From: Fistulifera solaris
Lineage: Eukaryota
Direction of reading: 5' to 3'
Length of the DNA stretch: 64,000 nt
Assembly: GCA_030295235.1 (NCBI GenBank)
Contig: AP026124.1
Coordinates: forward strand, 992,001 to 1,056,000
The notes under the pieces are model-generated. The model did not search any database. It worked only from the letters and a program-made list of their open reading frames with translations, and was not told the DNA's origin. The translations under genes and the position numbers were made by a program. Shown piece after piece: positions 47,771 to 60,762 of this stretch (its first letter is position 1; each line of letters starts with the position of its first letter).

Positions 47771-49059
47771 CTAACCGCTATCACCATCGTTTAAAATACC
47801 AAGTCGCTCATAAATTTCTCCAATCATTTTGTACTGATCCAAGATCTCCAGCAAATCCCTTTTGCGTTCCTCATGGTCGCCATCCAGAAAAAGCGGATCT
47901 CCTCGAGCTGGTAAGACGACTTTGAAACGGTCCGCGTAATTTTGTACGAGGGACACTGCAGACTCCATTTGACGACCGATGCCACCTTTGTTGGTAGATA
48001 TGTACCCTCTACAATCCAAAGCAGGACCTGCTCCCCCAATGCCCATATTTTCTTCGATGCGTGTGTCTTCCACGGGGATGGTGTAACCGGCGAAGCATAG
48101 TTTCTGTGATGGAAATAGATACGACATCGAACCAAAACTGTGCCCAGGAGTATACAAAGCGACGATATCCATGGCATCTTCCTTCAATCGAATGTTTTCC
48201 GGAGAAAGCGACTCATTTTCGTTCATTTCTGCTTCTTCATCCGCTTCCGTTTGTCCACTGAGGATGCTCTCCGCGAGATCGTCATCCCACTCCTCCACCG
48301 TCAGTGGTCGGCCCAATTCAACAAAACTGGCATTGAAAAAAGCTTCAACTTCTATTGTATCTTTTAATCCAAAGGGTCCGTATCCGTCAAGAATCTGTGT
48401 TACAAACCGCCGGCATTCACGTGGAATATCAAGTCGATACGCTACAACCTCCAGATCTGGTAGTGCCTCTTTCCAAAGCTTCAAAACGGACCGTCTTGCT
48501 GAATATATTGCAGGTGCACTATCATAGTGGATAGCATCACGATTCGTAATCAGCGCCAGAGCTAAAGTCGACTTTTTTCCCAAAAAGCTTTGTATTTGAC
48601 CCAGCAGTTGAGGAGAGTAGGGAGGAATGTCAATCATAGCATATCTCGCCTCGTACACACTTTTATCACCTTCGTCTTCCTTGGTCTTCCGTAAAGGGGA
48701 TAACGGAACTAAGTATCTGACAGGCTCAAAGGAGCCAGTGTGGACGGCAGTCGTCACCAATTGAGCAACCCCGTCAAGCCCTTGATCGGCACTACTTCCG
48801 TGACAAAACGATCTTTCGCCGAGTTTTCTATTTCATCGCTAACTGACACGCCTGTATTCGGTATATGAAAGTCACCTCTCTGTTCTGTTTCCTCGGTGTT
48901 GCTGGGTTCGCCAAAAGGCCATGTGACTTGATCGTTGGCGGCCAACTCACAAAACGTTAGCCGAGTTGGACCTTTTCTTGAGGAGATTGTGAATGAGAAG
49001 GCAATATCGATCCACTGTACAACAAATAGAAAGTGAATTGAGGCTGCTCTTACGTGCAT
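47771..49059 (-). CDS. Degenerate metallo-beta-lactamase-fold protein, probably plastid-targeted
   Basis: AMID.P, LITNRDAIH, LYTPGHSFGSMSY, VVLPARG; signal peptide + AFS-F; frameshift ~48770. Confidence 0.65.
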
Positions 49060-49300
49060 GGTAGTAGTAATAGGGATTATTTTCTCGTAAATGTAAATAG
49101 AACCTGCTCGACCTTATTACCATAACGGGTTGGTGCTGGTATTTTATTGTTCTTTATATTATTTTCATTTTCATCGCTTCTTTATTTTTTTTTTGTTTTT
49201 GCGATGGTGGGAGAAAAGCCAGGAGAAAATGGGTGACGGTCGACGTACGATCATGGATACCTTCACTATTACGTAGTATATTATTATGGCATACGTAGTA

Positions 49301-49465
49301 CCACACTCTCAGATTTTCTGGAAACGACAATATATCATAATATCACACTCCCAGATTCTGGGCAAGTAAAAACTCAACACGCCCAGATTTTCTGGAGAAG
49401 TGAAAATACCACTCGCCCAGATGTTCTGGGGACGTCAAAATACCAAACGCCCAGATTTTTCTTCG
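49301..49465. repeat. Short array with core CCAGATTTTCTGG
   Basis: Five cores at 49309, 49351, 49383, 49417 and 49451 (32-42 bp apart), each preceded by a CAC/AAC-containing C-rich motif. Confidence 0.8.
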
Positions 49466-49652
49466 AGACCTTACAGAGTATGTACCGGTACGGTACCGTA
49501 CCGGGGGTATAAGAAACTCAGTTCAATCAAACTTTGTCAAGATCCTCCTTCGCTTCATTTTGAAAAGACGACGAAGGCTTGGCCAATAATAAATCAAAAG
49601 TAGGCTTTAAGCCACGTGCATTTCGAGCAAAAGCAACATATTCGTTCATACG

Positions 49653-52600
49653 TCATTCGACCATAGGCGTCAACTCGCTGTCAGCCTTCTCTGACGAGAT
49701 CAAATCAAACTTCCTTTTGCTACCATTTTGATGCTCGGTTACGGTACAGCCGGGCAAGTCTCTATCCTGGGAAAAGTTTTTGACGAGGTCCGACTTTGTA
49801 TCGATCACACTCCATCGCAAGCCGTCAACACTTTCATAGCCGACAAGGAAATGCTTACAAAAGTCTTCCTTAGTCATCGCAAAGTCGAAGTTTGATTCCT
49901 GCGCAGATAGTGTCCGCAACCAGTCGCGATAAGCGGCTTCAACTGTTCGAAAGCCGATGAGCACTTGTTTTGAATTGATATCCTCTTTAATTACCGCAAG
50001 ATCTGGAAGAAGGAAGAGGTCGCTGCCGTGACGCCTTACAGTAGATGGATCTGTTAACCCGAAGTTATCGATCACCAAGCTAATTTTCCTCCAGGTATTT
50101 CCGTCGAAACTCACATAATCGTCAACAGAGCTCAATGCATCTTCCAGTTCTGCAACGGTGAAGCCACGACAATTCACATACATGAAAGCTCGCTCGACCG
50201 AGTCGAAGAAATAACTATGCTCGTCAAGGCATACTTCGATGAAAGCTTTAACATTGTCAGCTTTTAACGTCTCTCTTTCAACAAGATCATCTTCTTTCTT
50301 GTCTTCTTTCTTCTCTCCGCATTTATGAGCCTCCGAAGAGCAATCTACATTCTTATCTTCCTCCTTTTCATTGCCTGCGTCAGATGCCGCATGCTGTGCC
50401 AAAGAATCGAAGGACACAAGCCCCTTCTGCAAGTCATCGAGGAACACCCACCGATAGCCGAAAATAAGAATTTTAGGATTTTCCGATGCCATGAGAATTA
50501 GCCGACGGATCTTCAGTGAGTTATCGATATCGAATCTGTCCCACTCACACGGATAGTTCAGATGCAAAAACAAGTTCATAACAGCAGCTATTGTCTGCAT
50601 CGTAGCATACAGTTTGATCACCCGTCCTGTATCAGGATCAAGCACGGCGATTGGACGGCCTTTCGTACCCGCGGAGGTAGCAACAATCTTATGTCGTACA
50701 GGAGGTCTCGTCGAGAAAGCGGTCGGGGCCGAGGTTTGTCGCTCCTGCTCTAGCATCATCTCGTAACGCGACAATTCTTCTTTGGCTTTCCGAGACAGAA
50801 GATGATCGAAACTTTTTGAGCGAATACTAGTAGCACGCCTTTTCTGTACCTGCGCCATACGATACACTGCACTACCCTCGCGATTGAAAATGAAACAATT
50901 ATGCCAAACAAGCTCTAGGTCCTTCAGGATTGCTATGAGAGCGTTTTCGATTGGCGTCGCTGAAGATTTGACGCGATCAAAGTAGATTCCATCGACGATA
51001 GCAGCTGCTATTGTTCCAAGATCCATGGGATTTTTTACAATGGTGAGATAGCTTGGAAACTGGACCACGTCTACTGGATCGCGAAAGACTTTTCCAAAAT
51101 CATAGTCCATCAAAGTCACGAGCATTGCATATATAATGCTGAAAGTGGAAATTGGTATTGACGGATCAACTCCTTTCGATTCGCATTTGTCGAACGCTTT
51201 CATAATCTGCTCCGAATATTTGGAACCATCCATAACATCTTCTACCATTCCAGTTTTCTCGCTTCTGCACGAAGGGCATTCCCAAAGGTCGCTTGTCTCA
51301 ATCGAATCGTCTGCTATGCAAGCACGATGGAATGCTCGGGGGCAAAAGTCACAACACAAAAGGTTCCCAACGGCCATGCAGACGTTGCAGTAATCCACAC
51401 TTCCATCTTCGACGACTGTTTCGCTTCCATGAACCGAATCGTCCAATATAGCTGCTTTGCTCTGTGTGACGTCGGTGTCCTGGCTCACAAATGAACCCTC
51501 TTTTGTATATACAGTTGCGTATATCACGTCTGATCCTGGATCAATGTCAACACCCTTGAAGACTTCCCTTGGAAAATCTGCAGGTGGAACTTTAGGTACC
51601 GAAGGACGCTCGGCAAGAGCGACTCGCCTTTTCCCTCTCCGCTTGTCCGTTTTCGCAACCAACGTTCGTCTTCGATCTAAAATGTCGTCAAAGCTTACGT
51701 CATCAATTGCCACTGCCTGTTTGTCGTGTTCAAAGCGAAACTGACGGCACAATGTATGGAGTATACTGGAACATGACTTGCAATCGCAACGCAACGTGCA
51801 GATGGGACAGTATTGAATTGTGGAGGAAGTGTCTGTAGCGGATGGAAAGAAAGCTTTTAAATGGTCAAAACACACTGCATGATTGCCAATGGAACAGGGT
51901 AAGCGACATTCCATCTCCTTGTCGCAAAGATGACAGGAACTGGCCTCAGCCACCATCGCAACGTCTGTACTAGTATTGCTATTCTGAGCAACCTCCGAGT
52001 CCGTCTTAGCCTCATCTTCCAATGCTGCTAGAAGTCTTCGCTGGATCTCTTCAACACATGTGGAATCCTCTATGTCACCGTCGATATCGGAGAAAGACTC
52101 TCGTTTGCGCTTTCCTGGTGGTCTTCCACGATTGACAATCTTTTCTGGTTGAGGGGCTCGTATTATGCCGCATGGTTTGCGCCCTCGGGGCTTTTGCGTT
52201 GAATACCATGCTCCGCCACGTTTTTCTCCGGTGACTTCGCCATATAAACAGGGCACATAAGACTGAGGTTTCTCTTGAAAGAATTCACTTTGAAGAGAAA
52301 CCGGAGGCGAATAAGAGCAATTGTCCTGAACGAAGGCTCGCAATTGACTTTGTATCGACTCCGAAAGCTTGTGCATTTCCTTGAACGACAGACCGAATTT
52401 CTGGGCCACTTCTGTCGCGAATCGTAGAGGAGTCGATGTACTGTCATCACCAAGATCCCATGTAATAATTTCTTTGTAGACGGCATCTTTTCCAGACCCG
52501 CCAAGCGGAAACTCTACTACCACGTTCGCTTTCAACTTTGGCTCGGTCAAATTGTTATTAGTGTCGGTGGGTTCGACATCACACAAAAGTGCGCCTGTGC

Positions 52601-53185
52601 TTTCGTCACGAAGCTCATCCCCCAGTCGCCCCCTATGATACATGTAGGTATCCAAGATTTTTCCGTCGTCAGATAAGCCTGAAAATGTGACATTATTCCC
52701 CTTTTCGTCGTAATGTCCTTTTGCCTCAGTTATATTTTCAGTTAGATGGGTCGTGCAAGTAGATTGCTTTTCTACTTTCCCCTCTTGATCATTGGCAACT
52801 GCACCCAGAGAAACACGTTCGCTTTCTAACGATCGGACATCACTGTCAGGATCAATGGATGACGATCTAGATATACTTGAGAACTGTCGTCGTCTCTTTC
52901 TCCCCCGTCGGCCCAGAGATGTCCTTGCATTGTTTCTCCTTGCTCTCTGAAAAGAAATAAACAAAGCGAAAGGTGAGAGAAGTGATTGGCTGTAAGTAAA
53001 AACAGCGCAGTGGATTAACATACCTGATGTGGAGGTAAGAGATCTGCGATTTCGCCGCCCGCAGTCCAGCCAAACTTCGAAGGATCCAAAAGAGCACGGT
53101 TAAAAGAAGATTCAACGCACTTTTCTCCACGACGGGCGCTAAAGGAAATTTTCGGCTTCTCAACAAGGTTCGTTAGAGAGCTCAT
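49653..53185 (-). CDS. Chromatin protein with SNF5-like repeat, Cys-rich finger, PHD finger and bromodomain
   Basis: YKEIITWDL..TPLRFA..SIQSQL; CHLC..CPICTLRCDCKSC; DYCNVC..LLCCDFCPRAFHRAC..WECPSC; FRDPVD..YLTIVKNPMDLGTI..NCFIFN; intron 52947-53023. Confidence 0.9.
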
Positions 53186-53827
53186 GCTTGTGGTGGCATT
53201 GGATACAATCAAACAGCAAAGTCTTTTCTTTTAAGGATAAATTATTCCTTCATTTGGGAGGCCGCAGGTGGCTTATTCATGGTCGCAAAGTTTGGAGCGG
53301 CAAGTTGAGCGGCGAGAAGAAACAGGCGCTTCCTACTTTAAGACCGACACAAACCGATGAAGATTTTTCAGAAGGCTAAACAAGAAAAGCCGGTACGACA
53401 GCTGAAATCTTTGCTGCCGCACTGGCTGATTGAGTCACGTAGAAACTGGTCACGGATGACAAGGATGACGTTACCTTGGTCAACCTTGTCATTGTCATGG
53501 CCATCACGACTTTAATTTATACGGAGTACATCAAACTTTTTCATCTGCACCTTGTTGAAAGGATTGATACTTTCATAAAGGATATCCGTGAAAGTCAATT
53601 TTAAAATCAATCGAACGAAGTGAAACATGTGGGTTTTATCGATTTTTGAAACGAGCCTCATGTTCGCGGTTCGCGTTCTCGCCTCCCAAACCCAAGGAAT
53701 TTAGAATTCAAAACCCTTAATATTTCATTTTACCGGCCTGGCTTGAGGTTGAGGCTTAAGCATTCATCTGACTATATATCTAGCTAAGTAGGTGCTCGAA
53801 GAAAGGCACATCTAAGATAAACCATGT

Positions 53828-56800
53828 TTATTTATTTAACTTTTCTATCAGCTGTCGAAGGCGGTCGCTAGGAACCCATTTCTGCGCAGAAGCATTCTCT
53901 GGTGATGTTCGTTTTGCCGCATTGTAAACGTTGTGAACCACTCGGTCTGGATGCAAATTGGGAAATAGTTGCTTCTCAATTTCCTTTATTTCACGCGATG
54001 CATGCACCAGAGTCTCGGAAGAACTGATGTTTCCCCATGGAAGCCATCCACAGCCAGCATCTTTTTTCAGCTGAACTCGCAACCGTTCGGTGTCGCACCC
54101 CTCCGCTTGCCCAAGGACGACCTTGCCGACAATTTCAAACCACTGCAGCGCTTTTTTTGATGTACTTTGATGCCACAATGGTTCTCAAAGCTTCTGCATC
54201 AGATCGGAGACTTGATGCAGGGCAGGATTCCATGAGAGTCACGTCGTCGTTCTTCATAGTACGAAGCCTACATATGTTATGCAAGCAGTAATAAATCGAT
54301 ACAACAACATCCTCGTCAACAACTGGCTCGACAAAGCATTCATTCAATAAGAGAGGTAAGACACGAATAATCGGGCAAAGAACTTCCCAGTTTATAGCCT
54401 CTTGGCCAGCTTCTTTGCGTTCGCGCCTGAGAATAGAACTGATAAGAAACAAGGCACCTTGTCGGCTTTCTTTCTTATTACGTTTTGCGATGACCACAAG
54501 CGTTTCTATAGCGTAATGCTTGAGATTAGCAAATTCTCCTTCCAACTTCGGGTCGATTGGATAATTGTTGAGCAAGCTTTCCCAGTAGCAGCCAAGATGG
54601 TGAGACATCTTGGATCCAATATGCATTGAAGACGAAAGTAGCGTAGCTTTGAAAAACAATCGACAAATGCCCTTCGACGTGGCTTTTGAATCCTTCACAG
54701 CAAATGACAGAATTACGTCTACCACCTCCATGGTACGGCCTTCGAAAACGAACATGGGCATTAGTAATTCTCTCGAGTAGTTGATAAGATTGCCAGAAAG
54801 AATCTTATGATACTCTCCAATAGCATCAATGTCATTGCACTTGGGAAAACTTAGAGATGGAGTCCCTAAGAACTTCGAAATACTAGTGTAGGTTTTCTCA
54901 ATACATGTGTAAACGACCCTTGTTTCGCTGCCAAGTATTGGCAAAATGAAATCCGTGCAAAGTATAGTCCATACCTCTCGAAAGAAGACACTTGGAACAT
55001 GGCTTCCCTCTCTAGAAATCCACCCAAGAATGGATGCAAAAACTCGGACTGACAGCGAAACAGTTCCGTGAGCCTGAATTTTGCGTGAGACAGTTCTGGG
55101 CTGGCACGAGACGCGACTTCTTCTACCCGGACAAGATGCAGTATTCGTAGCAGCCCCTCGCAACTGCGTGCAATGATTTCGGCGCACAAAACAGTGAAGT
55201 TTCTGCTCTCTTGATTTTCCATCTGCCGATAAGTAGTAATGATACCACGTATGCACTGAAATCGGCAAAGATACTCTTCTCAAGCGAGGATGGCAATTCA
55301 ACGACAGTCTGGTCACCATGGTCCCATTCCGCATTCAAAAGAATTGCCCCGATCTGATTGCAAAGAGAAGCACTCTCATCACTTGATTCTACCAATGATT
55401 TCCCCAGCTCACGACAAAACGCCCAGACAGATAAAGCTCTTCTTGACGCTGAGTTACCGCTACTAAACTTGAGAAGCTCGTCGACTACTTTCCGTTTAAG
55501 AGCGTCATTTCCATCGTCAGGGAGCCGGTCAAAGTTGCAGGATGGCACATTTTGTAGATAACTGATATCCAGTAGCGTATCTATCAAAACAGCAATCATG
55601 AGAGACGCAGAGGACCTGATTAAGGATCGTGTTCTTGATGATGAAACAGCGTGGCATAAGCTGCGGCAGCAGTTCAGAAGGACTTTCCTCCGAAATTCCT
55701 CATCATCTGCATTACTCGAAACTTGGAGTTGCACAAGCTCAGCCAGCGAGGGAAAGGGCACATTATGTTCCGAAACCAGAATAGAAATAAGTGTCATAAT
55801 AATGGGTTTGACGCTTCGAGAAACAAGCACTCTCCCTTGGGCACTAGTCCGCGACGCACGATCGTCTGAAGTGGAAATTTGGTATCGAAGCGAAGGTAAT
55901 GCAGACCGCAAGCTCTCCGACAGAGCAAAAAGAAGCTGCTGTAAGCTTCGGTAAATCCCGTTGGACCCCTTTCCTCCTGAGGAGCATCCTTCCACAGAAT
56001 CCATTATGCCTAACAATTCCTCATCATTCAGGTCTCCCCATATTTCGTCATCCATCTGGTTTTGAGGTCGAGAAGCCTCTTCTAAGTTTACGGATGATAC
56101 ACTAGTTAGTGACAAAAAGGTTCCGTGCTCTCAGGTTCCGTTTTACGAAATGTAAGGGACATTCGTAATAACGAAAGAACAGAGACCAAGCATTGTCCTT
56201 CTGCAATCCCACAAAAAGACGCCCTTAAAAGAAAGTCGACGGTTTTGATGCTTGCACGTACACATCCACCGACCAGCACGTCGGCAAAAGAAGCGATAGA
56301 TCGACTGCCACCTGCTTCGGTTAAGAGGCTGACGATACTCTTCGCCATGTCTGCTATAGAATATGTAACTTCACAGCATCCCAGGCTTGAAGAAACTTCA
56401 AGACATCTCAGTATGCCAGCTACGATGTAGCATATAGCTTCTTGATTTCCCCCGTGGTCAGGCACCTTAAGTGCTGTCGCTGTATTTCCCTTCGAAGGAA
56501 TAATCGCCAGAGTCCACGTCAGAAGGAAATAAAGCACCCTTGCCATAACATAGGGTCGAAGAATGTCGTAAGACGTAGACATAGATTTCTCGAACGGTTC
56601 ATCGAGGGTTCCCAATTCTTCTCCGAGGATCTCCCAAGATTTGTCAACAAGTCGTATCATTGACATCTCCACTTGATTCGTCCGTTGTGCAGCGGAAGTA
56701 GTTAGCTCTGTCACGATTAATAAATAAACAGCGCATTCTTGCAAAAAAAGAGATTTTCTAGATTGCGGAAGCCCTCCTTTGCACGTCAGGTTGGAGTCCT

Positions 56801-59800
56801 CTGAAAATGCATCTTGAAAAGTGTCGCGACTTTTCTGATCATCACAATTTTCGGAAAGTGGCTTTTGCTCTCTTTTGAAAATAAATAGCAAGCTTCCGAA
56901 ATTCTCGATCGCAATCATGTAACCTTGCATTGCTTTCACATTGAGCACTCTCCATCCAAGAAATTTGTAGCTTGAGGCTTGTACGCAACAAAACCGAAGA
57001 TGGCCCAGCGGAACACGTCGAAGATTCAGTGTGCCTTGTTGCCGCAAGTAAGTGCTCCAAAAAGTCAGTGTATTCAATTGCCAAAGAAGTCGAGAAACTA
57101 GCAGAGGGTAAACCGCTCCACGATTCCAGCGATGAGAGTTCTCGTTTCAGCGCGTTCTTGGCATCTTTCTTAATAGGTATTTGAGCTTCACGAAGTGCCT
57201 CATTGTGCCATAATGCATCGGCGTGGAGAAGTAAAGTTTTCCTGATAATATCCAAAACGATAGAATCTTTTCTTGGCAACGGTCTCAACGCACCCGAGGA
57301 TATAATCGAGGAGAACGTGTTAACGTCCATTTCCACGGCTTGCAAGTGCCGTTCTGATGGTACGCCCGATGTTTTTGAATCACGAAGTACTCCGTTTGAA
57401 AAAATATCATGGATGAACTTCCATCGTCCGCGGCTTCCCTTCTCTGGTAACACGGTAGGTCTCGCTGTCACCAAGTACACAAATACGCGCCACAAAGTCT
57501 CTACTTCATTTCGTGGTATGCAAGGATCTCTGCCGATTTCCTGATATCGGCTTTTTTCAACAGGTTCGATGTATATTGCTCGTTCAAGGTAGAGCTTCCA
57601 TGATGCAGGGTCGATGGAGGACACAAACAAGGCGCGCCGAGAGGAAACAAGGCGCCACAACTGTTTCCCAAGCTTCGTTTCTATAAGACAACATGCGTTC
57701 TCAACTAAAGCGTGTTGCTCCCCCAAAGCATCACGAAGAGGTGAGAGAAATTGAAGGATTTGTTTCCGGTTCGAGACTTGCAGGGCCCAAGCATCAGGAT
57801 GTAACAGAGCGTACACAGCATCAAGCAACTGAAGAAAGAGAGACTCGACGAACTTTGAATCTGATTTTCCAAAGAGCTCATAAGCTATGCCATGTTGAGC
57901 TGTAAGACTGTAATGAAGATTCTTCTTCAAAAGACCCAGAATAAAGACATACAGTGCGACGTATGAACTCAGTTGAGAACTTTGTTGTGACACTAGTTCT
58001 TGAAGCGTCACGGAACCCTTGCTCTTCATCAAGCTAATGGCGCAATTGAAAAGTGGCGGAGAGTACTCTGGTCGGCTAGATATAGAAGAGACGAAAAGCA
58101 GCTCCTTAAAAAGAGAACGACATGCTGGATTTGGGAAAACTTTTTTCAAGTCATCGCAGACGTCAGTAAGCGCTCGTGAGCATTCAACAGATGATTCGAA
58201 ATGGTCCAAGCTTATGTCGTTTTCGGCAGCATTCTGTCTATGCAGTCCTTGCAGTAGGTACTGCGACAAGAATTCGTTATCCATCTGGGGCATGGATGCG
58301 CAATCATCAGTGTTGTGGTCCCTCCGGATCCTCTGATCTTGGTCTAGATTTTCATAAGAGGCAAAGAGGCGCTGTCTGCCAGGCGTTTCTTTCTTCGAAC
58401 CGACGGACGGCTTTCTCTAGATGTCCGGAAAGGCTTAGACTTTCTTTCTTCACTATCAAAGTCAATCATGTTTTCCGTTTCATTGGCATTCTCTGACGAA
58501 AGATATCGCTCCAATCGTTCCACCGCAATATCAGACTGCCGGCGAGAAGCAAAGCCGCTGCTCGCTTCTGTTTTGTATGATCCCTTTCTTCCATTCGACG
58601 ATGATTTGCTGGTACCAAGGTGCAAAAAACCTGAGTTGTTTTGGTTTTCTTTCCCATCATGGCGCACCTCAGCGACCTTTTTATAGCCAATCCTTGGGTC
58701 TTTCTCCGAGGGTAAGCCTTAGGTAATTTTATTCCAGTATCTTTTCGTGAAGCTCTATTTTTCGACTTGAGTGAACTTCTTTCTATACGCTTCTTCCTTG
58801 CATGTGGATGTAGATCTATCGATGAAGTACTGCTCTGATAAGAAAGATGCCTGTCGACACTTTCCTGGTTCAGAGCTCTTTCGGGGGATTCTGTCGGCTC
58901 AGCCCATCCATCATCGCTGTCCACATCCTCATCACCATCGCACTCGGCGTCATCTAATGACCTCAACAAAACTCGCAATTGTTTCATAACATCATTTATT
59001 TCTTTCTGTAGTTGGCCGTAACGAAGCTCGCGGCTTTCGAGCAGAAGATCAGGCTTGCCCTTCATTCTCTTCAAAGCACGATCACATTGATCAATACCAT
59101 TCCGGATGAGATCGCCCATGAATTCATCGTATAGCTTCAAACTAGAGCATGCAATTAAGTCACTACCGGACGTCATGCAACAAGTCTAAACACCACTTAC
59201 CATGTTTCATGAAGAACAAGTATTGATTCGGTAGTCTTGCTGTCCCTTTCGAACTGTCTCACTAACTCCCTAACTTTTTCTTCAGCCCGTGGTAATATGT
59301 TCTCAAGAGAGTCCACCAGTGTCGTAAAAAGGGACCCAATTCCGTTAATTCAAGTGTTGCCGTTCGGTCGACCGTATCGTTAGGCATACAATTTGCATCG
59401 CCTTCGGGTTGTATAAAATCTTGTAGCGTCGAATCAAGCACCTCATCATCGTCGCTTTCAAAGTTTGCAACACCTGGTTCGGCTTCACTACTAAACTCAA
59501 CATCAAACAGAACTGGATCCAAATCACTCTGCTGGGTTCTCTCCAGCGAAAAGTCCGGCGACCCAGGGGGCGACACAGATTTGGCAAATTTGGAAGGGGA
59601 TGCCTCGGGAAAAACAATCCGTTCAACTTCAGATTCACTGGTAGAGTCCTCCACAACCAGGCGATACTTTGTACGCTGCTGTCGACGAGCTTTGTCATGC
59701 CGCCTTTGATTCGTTCGCATTGGCGACAGTTGAGAGAGCAGTTCTTGTCGAACAAGCTGGCGCAAAGGAATATTGTCAATGTCGCTACCGCTTTCTTCCG

Positions 59801-60380
59801 ACTCTACGGCGGATTCCGAGGAATCCTTGCTGTTGCTCAAGATTCTTTGCGCCTTTCTTTTCAGATGCATGTATTGACGATAGCGACGCTGTTGCCTTTC
59901 AAGTTCCCCGTCCGAGCTACTCGACGAGCTCTCCGAATCCAGTCCAAAGTCCATTTCATTGGGTTGATCTACGCCTTCTAAAACTGATCTTGTGTTCAGA
60001 AGCCTATTCGTTGCCCTTGATGATAATTGTCGATTGCGCACATTTTGACCACTAAGAAAGGCCTGGTCCAATGACAAGTCACAGGAGCCACAATCAGTCC
60101 GCAATGAGCCGCAATGGGTACATCGACCTTTCAATAAGCCGCGGTCTCTTAATCTCTCCGACGGGATACTGTAAGGTTTGACATACTTGATTAAGATCTC
60201 TTTTTCGTGGCGTCTTCCTACCAGATATCGAACACTGACACGATCTTCCGAAACCCCGGTAACTTGTCCGATTCCGCCAGGTTGGTTTATGCCGGGCCAT
60301 GTGCGGCTTTCAACGTCAACGTAATCACCCTCGACGAATGGATTCCTCTTTGCAGATGTCACATTAACTTGCGAAGTCAT
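53828..60380 (-). CDS. Large hypothetical protein (N-terminal Tudor-like segment, long helical C-terminal region); may be one or two genes
   Basis: A chain of abutting or overlapping minus-strand ORFs from 60380 to 53828; GDYVDVESRTWPGINQPGG..VRY motif; GT-AG intron 59142-59200; several frameshifts needed to join them. Confidence 0.55.
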
Positions 60381-60762
60381 GTTCTTATTGAATAAAGCTT
60401 GGAGACAAGTCAGGGTGTTATCTTCCGTTTTATGAGCAATGATATTCAAATGTGACACAATCTCCGGGTACCCCTACGTCGATAATTATCCTACGCCTAC
60501 CAGTACGGCATGTACGTGCAAACCACGTTGGCTATCGAAGCATTGTAATTCTCTCTTTTCTATAATTCAATTATCACTTGCCCATTGCTTTTTAAATACG
60601 AATGAGCTATGTTGTTCATCTCTAGATCGAATTCGTTAAAGTTCAACATCTATTAACCTGCTCGCTATTAAGGTGCATTCTACTTCTGTAGTCCAACCAT
60701 CATCTACAAGGATTAAAAAACTGCAAAGGAAAGTGAATGAATCACGAAACTGCTAACTTATT

